Source of the DNA: Lobosporangium transversale
Lineage: Eukaryota
Length of the DNA stretch: 64,000 nt
NCBI RefSeq assembly: GCF_002105155.1
Contig: NW_019028995.1
Location: forward strand, 248,001 to 312,000
Reading direction: 5' to 3'
Shown piece by piece: positions 54,391 to 64,000 of this stretch (position 1 is its first letter; each line of letters begins with the position of its first letter). The translations under genes were made by a program, and so were the position numbers. The notes beneath the pieces are model-generated. The model was not told where the DNA came from. It did not search any database and saw nothing but the letters and a program-made list of their open reading frames with translations.

Positions 54391-54977
54391 TATTGGATGT
54401 GCTAAAAAAAAAAAAAAAAAAAAAAAAAAGAATATCAGCGTCATTGTCGTCAATTTGCACTATGGATAAGCCTAGCTAGAAACATACGTTGATTTAGCTT
54501 CCTTTACCTTGTTTTAAAAAAAAAAAAAAAAAAAAAAAGACGCTCTCGGAAACTAGAAGAGTGAATGGGTGAATAATAATAGCGAATAATAGATGGTGAT
54601 ATGCCAAAAATGAAGGAGTTAAAAAAAAAAAAAGGGAAATGGATAGCGATGCTCAGGTTTTATGGAAAATCAACGACACATGCCATCATCGACTTTGGAC
54701 AATACTGCACATATCGATAATGATGATGTCAGTGCTCAGCCGACATTGCCTGATCAGCCTGATGGGCGACACGGCGGAAAGTAAAAGAAAATACGAGAAA
54801 AACTTACAAAACAATGACACATTATTATTTTAATCTTTGAACAAAGCCGATGATACTGAGGCGATGCGGTCGATGCGGTCAGACCAACCCTTCATAACAT
54901 GGCTTTCTTCACTGTTTAATGGAATTAAATTGAGTATAATATAAATTGTAAGTATAGTGTTTATGCGTAGTAGGCTT

Positions 54978-57900
54978 TTATTTCATCAGTCCCATTTCGG
55001 GCTTCACAAAAATTGAAACAGCACTAGCACCAACAGTTTCGCTAGTCCTCGTTGCGTCCCTGATCTTGACTAACATCTCTTCTTGTGAGGACTGCTCCTG
55101 CTGCGGCGTGAGTGGCGCAGGCCTGCCTCGTCTACCAGACAGTTTCCGCTTGTTAACCACCAGTTTGACACGCGGAAGTTTGGTCAATCCTGCACTGAGC
55201 GGGTAGCAGCTCATCTGGATTGGATGCGTTGCATAAGGAAGCAGTTTGATAGCAGTTTGCATGGTGCCGGCATAGACCATGCCTTCTGAAGACTCGATTG
55301 ACATAGAGAGCTCATGTAGCCTATTCGTAGGATTATGGACCACATATCGGACTGTGAATGGCTTATTGACCCGAGCATGCTTAGGCAAATCTAAGATTGA
55401 AAGAGAGTTAAGATGAATGAATAAAATAAAGCCTGTATTGCATCGAGGAAGATTTCAAGCACATACAAAAGACATACCCACGGTCATGTAAACTTCTGCC
55501 TTTGGTAGAGTCAGTGGTTGCAAAGGAACATTAGTGGTTGTGTATGGCACATTCTTAATGACCTCGTCTTCCCATCTAAAGTGTCCCACGACCAGGGATA
55601 TAAAAGGTTAGGCTGTTAGAATGTGCTTCATTCCTTTTACCCTTACACATTATGTCATCGCTCCTGAAGAACATGTCAGCTCTATTACTGACCTTCGCCA
55701 AGAGATCTGTAAGAAACCAACATTGATCTGCTCAGGCGCTAGTTCTAAATCAGCAGCCGTAATCTGGATCAGATGATTGAGCGTCTGTATATTGCCTGGT
55801 CTCCAGCGTTGGACAGAGCCATTCTTGTCCTTATCATTAGAGGTCAGTTGTTCAATACTAGAAGGCCCGCATTCTAATAGATCCACATATACGCCCACTT
55901 CCTGTAAACTCTTTTTTCGCTCTCTAGCACGACCGATACTAAGGCTTCTAGAGAGTCCGTTCGTAACAGACTCTTTAACAGCCCCATCCAATGCACTTTC
56001 CACTGTCGAATTCGTCACGAGCGTGACTTCTTTGACCTCTACTGGCCATGAACCTTCATTATTGATGCGTGTCGACATAAGATATGTCTCTTTATGAGTC
56101 AAGGCTGGGATCAGGATCGTCTCATGTTTCTCATCCATTCGATTAGGCTCCAAGATGGGCGGTAGGTTTTTATGCCTGCCTTGGGAATTGGAACTATTGT
56201 TTCCTAGCGTCTGAACGGGTAGTTGGGTATAGCTGGCTTCGGCATCAAAGGGCGGAATAAAGAGAACCCTAAAAGAGTACCGCTTTTCTGTCCATGTCTT
56301 GTTATTTTCCTTATCCAGTGAAAGCTCATACCGAACTTTGCAGAGGATGGTTCTAGGTGTCGGGATTTCCAAGGCTCTTACGAAGACAGTGCGTTCCGCC
56401 CAAGCTCCTACATCTATTTCTCTCATTTCTTGACTTTTCATTTCATGCGACATATCCGAGGGCGTAAGGGAAATTCGGTTTAATGTTGACGAAGCTTGAG
56501 TCCTGTCAGCAGAAAATGGCTGAGCGGCCGCGACATAAGGATCCAGAACAATACTATCTAAAGACTCAATTGTAGGATCGATAGGCCGAAGCTCTACGTC
56601 CATTTCCATTGCTACAGCATATGCTTCTCCGTTCCGTACTTTGATCTTAATAGGGAAGTACTCATCTAAATACGCCGGTGACTTGAACAAGGCCTTGATC
56701 TCAACTTTTGATTCTCTTGGTACAATGCTAAGAGAGACGCATAAAGGAAAGGTCAGTATCCAATTTAACGCACAAAGCGTATGAAGAGCGTAACGGTGCA
56801 TATCATACCGAAGTGCTGCTGCACGTCGTATTCCCTTATCTAGGTTCTTAAAGCGCATCCCAAGGGGAATATCAGCCGTAGGCATTTGAACGTCAAGCCA
56901 TTGACGGCTAGGTAATTCTCTTCGCGGAGGCATAGGCTGGGATTGTGAGAGGCTTGGGTCCTGCTCTAGCGCCATTTCCAGAGATGGATACTCAAGAGAC
57001 ACGTTCCAATGCTTAGTGATAATGCCCAATGTCACTTTAACTACCTACGTCAGTTCCAGATGCAAAATTGGTGCTGAGTTAGGAACATTCACTGACTTTT
57101 TCTTCTTCTATCAAAACAGATTATAGACTTGCCTTTACCACCTGCTCCTTGGTAGGAGCGATGGCACCTTCGAAGACTTTGGTCTCAGATGGGCGAATGT
57201 CTAGGTCCACAACTTTCTTCCACGCGCCCATAGCTGATGCACTTCCACTGCCACTATTGATACTATCGATGTGTTCCCATGTACACTGAGCGCAGTCAAC
57301 CCATTCAATACTCTTCCCGGTCCGATCCTTCGTCTGCAATATTCTGCTAGCGTTCTCAGGCGCTGTGGCAGATGTATGAGACCGAGTATCCACAAAGTGA
57401 TGGTTGAGGGCCTCATCAGAAAATTCCACGTGAACAAAAGATATTCTGAACGGGCTGGGCAATGCGCCTTCTCCACCTTGTGTTGAAATTTGTACTTGGA
57501 ATCTACTCTCTGAAGAAACAAACGCTTGTTGTCTTTGGAACTGGACCTCACAAGTAACTATAATTTAAGAAATTTATATTCCATAAAAGTTAACTCTGCA
57601 TTATCTACTTAAGAGGGATATGAAACGATTAACAGGAGAATTAGCATGGCAATGAAAAACAAACATACCAAACGGATTGTAATGATGCATATTGAGTACT
57701 AAAGGCCTGTGCACCATAGCATTAGCGGGATGGTCTCCTGTATAGATAATGCTAACTAATTCTTCAAAGATAGTATTTCGCTTTTCATCCGTTGATGGCA
57801 TATCTATAGGTATGAATGTTCATCAGGAGCTGCATACTTCACTAATCAGCATGTATCAGCTGGTGCAGGCTCAAAGTACTATCACCATTACCTGGACTCA

Positions 57901-60458
57901 TCATCTCGATCAAATACTCGACTACATTCTCCCAGTACCCTAATTCCTTGGCACACTGAACAGACCACTTCAAGATTGAAGTCAAAATTAAGTTCCAGCC
58001 TTCCTTGCGGTATGTCTTTCCAATTCTTTCGAAGAATCTGTTTTTTTTTTTATATCAATTTACAAAAAATAAGTACAATAAACACCTTCTCAGATACATT
58101 CCTAGTTTTGTAAATGTATAAGCTAACTTACTTCAAGGCCATTTCAAACCTTCCTGCCGAATAATAAGTGCCAGCGATCTCTGAGGCTAAAAACAACGTC
58201 ATGCGGCCAGCTTTGTATCTCTTAAATTGTTCGTAGCTCTTAGTCAACAGCTCAATAGTTAATGCCAAATGGTCGATGGCTCGCTCAGCATTCATAGACT
58301 GAAGTGTTGGTGGAAACGGCTTACTGGTCGTTGGAATCGGAGCCACATTACTGTCCGGATAAGCCTGATGAAATAACCGTATGGCCATTAGCATCATAGA
58401 CGTATATACCAAAGCTTTAAGTTGTGAAATCTCATACTACTTGCCTCTTCAGCGATTTCAAAGCGAAGACGCCTTTGTACACTACAATTGGCAGCTTGAT
58501 GGTAAAAATATCCAGCGTGTTGGAGAATCAGCATAGGATTGATTCCTGCGCCAGGGCCATGCGTCCCTCCGCCACGGCCGGCCCCCACATTACCATTGTA
58601 CACAAACGCATCGCCGCTAGGTCCTATACCAAACCCGACTGTGCTGCTGCCAAGATTGATCCCAGAAAACTTGTTGAGGTCTTTCGCGCCTTCTGCCATT
58701 CCAGCAAATGAGCCATAAACGATACTGCTGGGTGAAGGAACCGGCAGCTTAAAGCCTAACTTGGTTCCTATATCGATCAGGTCGCCGAATACTTTGTATT
58801 GTTTTCCAAGCCATGCCCAATACTCGAAGGAATCATCTCCCATACGCCAACTTTCGGAAAAAGCCTTGAACACAATCAGATGGCGTCGAAAAGTGAAGAG
58901 CGCTGTTGAGGGAGCATCGAGATAAAGATGAAATTTACAGATCTAGCACCAACAAAAAATGTTACTGGCTGCAAAAACATTGCTGACATTGACGTAGACG
59001 AACACGTTCTGGTATCTTTACCTTGAGGCACAAACAGTCAGCCAGGACCTTGGCTTCCGCCCATCGCTTTGTACGGGCCTGCAAGCCTGGCGCTCCCGGG
59101 GTTATAGTGGAGGTGACTGCAAACATGTCAATCAATAGCCCATAAGCTGACTCGTAGTGTTTGACAGCATTATCGATATCTTGTTTGCATTCCGAGAACA
59201 TTCCCATCTTAAAATCATAACGCAACATCCATCCCTGAACTGAAAGGCCTTGATGCGGCGGCTGCTGCTGGGAGCCCCCAGCAATTTGCTGAGGCGGCTT
59301 TACACTCGCAGTTGTTGATGGCAGGTTTGATTTTTTCTTTTTGTGTCTCTTGACTTGCTCCTTGTAATAGCTCATAGAGCCTTCATATTGTGACCTCTGA
59401 AGACTATAGACAAGAGTTATGGTATTAGTATATATTAAGGACAAGATACTTGCTTCATCAGGGTTTTCATGGTCATTACTGGCCTTACTTGACTGCAAAG
59501 TCCGAAATTTCTTGGCTACTACTTGGCTGAAGCACGTAGAATGAATTCTTAATATCAAGCCCTGCAGATTTGCGCACAAAGTTCAGGCGATCCTCGATGG
59601 AAGGGTCCTCTATTTGGTCGACGGATTAAGAGTTAAGACATTTCTTTGGTGGAAAAAAGTAATAAGTAGAGACTGCTTCTGTGCATAATGGCATACCCAT
59701 GTGTGATCGCTGCAATAAAATGACGACCGCGAACTTCACCAGACGTTCCTGAGCAGCTTTTCTAGAGGCATCATGTGAGTAGATTAGCAATCACTGATAG
59801 CTGATCTATTGTATTGTTGTCTCTATGTGATTAAAGAAAGATGCATTTACACTTACCGACGCTCTAGTAGTTCCTGTGCCAGTACTGTGTCATGCTCACG
59901 TTCTAAAGGGTCAACTACGCCCAAGGGCCCTTTATCTGAGAATACACGCTGGTGGTTGCCTTCACTAAAATCAACAATTGACTCGCGATCCCAAAGGTCC
60001 ACGACTGCGACGAAAACGGAGGGTATCTGATCACGATGCCGTCTGATCCAAAGGGGACTGATAAGTCCGTCCGGGTATAGTGGCGAAGAAGGGGAGGAAG
60101 GGGATAAGGAAGGTTGGAGATGTTGCTGGCCTGTTTGCTGCAAGGATTTCCGTGTTGGAGGTAAGATGTAGCTTCGGTGCTCTGGTACGACATAAAATAA
60201 AGATCCTGCAAGCCCTTTTGTATTATCCCAATATGTTACATTGTTCCTTGACAACATTGCCTGTAGTAGCGCAGCCTTTTGTGCTTCTAATCCTGAGGCA
60301 GTTACATGTCTGGGTGGTGGTGGTGGTGGAGTATCAACGCTAACATGTGATTGACTGCCTGTTCTATTCTGATGAGACGCGTCCTCAGTTGTGGTCAAGC
60401 CAGTGACGACCAAGGTCGGCTGAAGATGAATGACGAACTCTGGAGGATAAGTTTCCAT
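54978..60458 (-). CDS. TRAPPC11: TRAPPC11 (foie gras/Gryzun) trafficking protein particle complex subunit; multi-exon
   Basis: METYPPEFV start, LYPDGLISPLWIRRH, RYDFKMG.FSE, KRWAEAK.LAD, SFEYWAW..KQY..FG, GYFY..AA, IELLTKSYEQFK, C-terminal PL..GL..LP; not every internal junction checked. Confidence 0.92.
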
Positions 60459-60594
60459 GAGTCGTGTTAAAGTCCTTTCCAGTGTCTGAATTCAATAAAG
60501 GGGAAAAAGGGACGTAAGTAGCCAACAATTGAGGGACTCACGTTGATGAAGTGTTGAAGTGGTCGGGTTGGCATTTGTGTTTAACATTTATTAG

Positions 60595-60600
60595 CACGTG
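60595..60600. promoter_or_regulatory. E-box CACGTG in the 242-bp divergent TRAPPC11/PIS1 promoter
   Basis: GCACGTGAT here and again at 62399-62407 upstream of the kelch gene. Confidence 0.4.
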
Positions 60601-60700
60601 ATATGTAGCTCTAAAAAGTCTTTTCTTGCCTTGCACAACTTTTCTTACCCCTGTCTTGTCTTCATCCGTTCATTTGCACTCCTCCCATAGTCTCTTAGAA

Positions 60701-62333
60701 ATGCCTGCAAAAAACACAAAGGGAGCCACAGAGGTTTCCTCAAAGGCTACACCTGCAGACGAGAATGTCTTTCTCTTCATCCCTAACCTGATTGGTAGGT
60801 GACAAGACAGCTGATCTATACATTCGTCTCTGTTGTCCTCGATGAGGCAGTAGCAGATGTTTTAACAACAACAACCATGACAACAACAGCAACTACAAAA
60901 AAGTGTCAGGACCTTCTTGTGTGAGAGTAATTCGTAGTCTAGTGGTAGCGGTGATGATCAAGTCACTGATGAAATTTTTTGTTCATCCACTTTCACACCA
61001 CTCTTGTCTCCAGGGTATTCCCGTATTATCCTTGCAGCATTTTCGTTATACTACATGCCAGTACACCCAAAAACATGCATGCTCATGTATTCGATCTCTT
61101 GTCTACTGGATGCTGTTGATGGACAGGCTGCAAGGTATTATAACCAATGTAAGTCTTTTTATCTCAGGAAGCCGATAGCCGTGTGCTTTTAAATATTTGA
61201 TTTGGGCACAAGGTTCTATTTATTTTTAATGTATTGCTGACTTGCACACAATGGAACAATCGGTTGGCTCATTTACTTTAGGCAGCAAGTTTGGAGCAGT
61301 CCTCGACATGGTCACTGACAGGTATGCAACAGAAACTTGAAAAATATTAAATGGCATTTCACCGTCGATGTTCAGCTTGTGGCGCTTCTAATGTCCATGG
61401 CTACAATGAGGGGTCTGCTTCCCATGATGCCTATTAGCTTTCATCTTTTGATGTTTTGTGCTGCGAGGCCTTAGATAGGCCTTGTTCATAAAAGTCCTTT
61501 TCACTTGTTTGTATCGCGTGTGAACGTATTCACGTAGTTAATTTCTCCACCTTCATTTACCAAAATGCTTTCTTGAAGCTGATCGATCAAAAACAACGTG
61601 ATTTCCATTTTTTTTTTTTTTTTATATTTCAAAATAGATGCACGACTGCCTGTCTTTTATGCTATCTTGCCTCAGCTTACTCCAGCTATGCCCTAATTTT
61701 CCAGTTTCTGATTGCTCTGGATGTGAGCAGTCATTACATGCATATGTACAGGTGAGGATTTTATCCCAAACCTGCTTAATTTATTTATTATGTTTTTGCT
61801 TCATATGATTCACAAATGGTATATGTTTGAGGCAAATTTAAAGGCGTTCTCGTGGGTTTATTCATTGACTTGTTCCAATTATTTTTTGCTTATTTAAATA
61901 GCTCACTGACCTCTGGAGCCAGCAGTCATAAAAAGATTTCAGAGTCAAGCAACTTCATTCTTCGCGCCTACTACAGCAACAATGTAAAGCTCTAGAGCTT
62001 GTGCAATGCTTTGCTTGTGCAGTGTTTTATTTTTACGTTCAATGCGCCTATTAAGTTATCTAATTCATGTGTCCTATTGTTCTCGTTTGAATGGGATAGA
62101 ATGTTCTTTTTGCTTTCTGCTTCGCCAATGAGCTCTTTTTTGTGGTTTTGTATCTCCTCTCATTCGGATTCCAGACTTCAACCCTTGGCAAGATTGTTCT
62201 CTACACATTGGCTGCCTTGACAGGACCTGTCTGTGCTGGAAAGCAAATCATTAACTGTATCCAGTTTGCCAATGCAGCTAAAAACCTAGCTCAGATTGAC
62301 ATTGAGGAGCGCAAGCAAGCCAAGAAGAATTAG
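60701..62333 (+). CDS. PIS1: Phosphatidylinositol synthase (CDP-DAG-inositol 3-phosphatidyltransferase); 6 exons
   Basis: Exons 60701-60794, 61014-61148, 61282-61321, 61638-61751, 61902-61983, 62100-62333. ENVFLFIPNLIGYSR, LLDAVDGQAARYYNQCSKFGAVLDMVTDR, LDVSSHYMHMY. Confidence 0.97.
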
Positions 62334-62584
62334 ACATCCCAACGTTTTTTTTTTAATGTGTATTTATATGAAAATAAATATTTCTTTTTTGATCAAGTGC
62401 ACGTGATCACATCATGCAGTTCCTTTCTACCCTGACAGCTTGCCTTTTGTGTCTCTGCTCTTTGTTTGAATAATAAAAAACAGTGCTTTATTAACCCACT
62501 CACTCTCGCCCACACATTTGCTCGTTATACTATTCTCTTTGCTTCCATTTATTCAGGCGAATTCATTTCTTTGCCTCTGTCCTC

Positions 62585-64000
62585 ATGCGTCGAACGGTAT
62601 CGCCTGCGCAGCTCCCTAGTCAAGTTTATACCAGCTCTACCTTAGCCCACCAACATTCATTTCATGCAATGCCCTCAAACCATGGCTCCTCGCCCTCCAC
62701 CAGTCATTTGCTGCAGAATGCAACCCCTAGCTATGGTCCATATAACTTTCAAGCCCACAGTAGCTCAACTCTCGATACATCAATCGTTCCTCGACCAACA
62801 CAGGGCGATCGCATGACCTGCATCGTTAATGCGTCTATTACTTGCATCAGTGCTTCTGTGACCGTTTCACGCCAGGATAACTTTTACGCCAGCACTGGCC
62901 AGGAGGGCAATGATAGATCGAACACAGTAAGTAACCCGACCATCAAAGGACAGACTGGCAGTAACCAGGGTCATTATCGTAGCCAGAGTCGTCAAGACGA
63001 ACAAGACCGTTTACGACTTTACGTTTTTGGAGGATTTCACCAATACACAGATGCGGTCAATAATGATCTCTATCGTCTAGACATCGATACGATGTCATGG
63101 GAGAAATTAATCTATACCAAAGGTGAACCTCCTTCGAAACGAAACGACCACTCTGCTATTCTTTGGGGTGATGATCGCATCGTGATCTTTGGAGGCAGCG
63201 ACGAGCGCAACCAGTTCTGTAATGATGTTCATGTCCTTCACGTAAGGACACTCACATGGGAAACACCTGTTACGAGTGGCTCCATCCCTGTTGGGAGGGC
63301 AAAGCATGCGGCAACCATCATGGACAACAAACTCTATATTTCCGGTGGTTGCCTAGAAGAGGGAGTGTCACAGGAGCTACTTTGTCTGAATCTTTTGACA
63401 TGGGAATGGGAGGAACCCATTGATTTTGTCCCGAGGCACACGCATACTCTGTTTGTTTATCGACAGAAGCTGTTTGCATATGGTGGATACAATGAAGAGA
63501 TGGATCGTACAGGAGTGATTGCTTATATGGATCTGGAAACAAATCAAGTCACAAAGATTAATGTATCAAATGAAATTGCGCCCAATGTTGCTGCTCAGCA
63601 ATATTCACAGGTGTGCGGCAATTACCTCGTTGTCGTCATATCTCAAGGTGTGCGCTACGAGCTTCAGAAATTCACAGGGGGGATTTGGACATTGAACCTA
63701 GATTGTTTTCAATGGACAAAGCATGATGACTGGAAGGTTTTGGGCGAAAATCACACATGGCATTACTTTTCGATGGCAAGGGATGGGGAACAGTTCTATC
63801 TCATTGGCGACGTCAATGACTCTGATGAATATTTCAAGCAAGTGCTTACAATTGACTTAAGAGAATATGGATCCTTTCTGGAGCCGCCTGTGACGATAGG
63901 AAATGAACTTGGACGGCTATTGCACGATCAAATGTCGCTGGCCGACTTTCGAATCATCTGCACAGGCACAGATGCCCAATCAAATGCAGCGATACACAGT
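62585..64000 (+). CDS. Kelch-repeat protein with probable start of a BTB domain (LZTR1/Ral2-like), truncated by the window end
   Basis: Frame open from ATG 62585 to the end (absent from ORF track as it has no stop). LYVFGG, PPSKRNDHSA, IVIFGG, GRAKHAA, LYISGG, LFAYGG; ending GRLLHDQMSLADFRII resembles a BTB entry. Confidence 0.88.
   Translation, partial: MRRTVSPAQLPSQVYTSSTLAHQHSFHAMPSNHGSSPSTSHLLQNATPSYGPYNFQAHSSSTLDTSIVPRPTQGDRMTCIVNASITCISASVTVSRQDNFYASTGQEGNDRSNTVSNPTIKGQTGSNQGHYRSQSRQDEQDRLRLYVFGGFHQYTDAVNNDLYRLDIDTMSWEKLIYTKGEPPSKRNDHSAILWGDDRIVIFGGSDERNQFCNDVHVLHVRTLTWETPVTSGSIPVGRAKHAATIMDNKLYISGGCLEEGVSQELLCLNLLTWEWEEPIDFVPRHTHTLFVYRQKLFAYGGYNEEMDRTGVIAYMDLETNQVTKINVSNEIAPNVAAQQYSQVCGNYLVVVISQGVRYELQKFTGGIWTLNLDCFQWTKHDDWKVLGENHTWHYFSMARDGEQFYLIGDVNDSDEYFKQVLTIDLREYGSFLEPPVTIGNELGRLLHDQMSLADFRIICTGTDAQSNAAIHS

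Overview
Intron-rich fungal genomic DNA, not prokaryotic: GT-AG introns with CTRAY branch points and very abundant poly-A/T runs. Gene content (WNK kinase, TRAPPC11, MFSD1, fused Trp synthase) points to an early-diverging fungus, most likely Mucoromycota/Mortierellaceae (inference). I spliced about 14 protein-coding genes by hand: MFSD1-like transporter, a hypothetical protein, WNK kinase, PP2A scaffold A, a repeat-rich single-pass surface protein, malic enzyme, Stm1/SERBP1, a large low-complexity protein, Ran1/Sks1-type kinase, Trp synthase, a small RVxF protein, TRAPPC11, PI synthase and a kelch(-BTB) protein cut by the window end. There are also two TA-flanked CAG-ended MITEs, microsatellites and decayed coding relics. 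Most interesting: (1) the Stm1/SERBP1 introns are highly structured, carry a repeated TCAGGA motif and a shared 12-mer, and contain a competing PTC-generating 3' splice site, suggesting an RNA-level regulatory module or intronic ncRNA; (2) a large intron-containing gene with a domain resembling the tyrosine-recombinase core-binding fold plus a C-H-C-H putative zinc module, a candidate domesticated transposon-derived DNA-binding protein. All family calls are by eye; no searches or folding were run.
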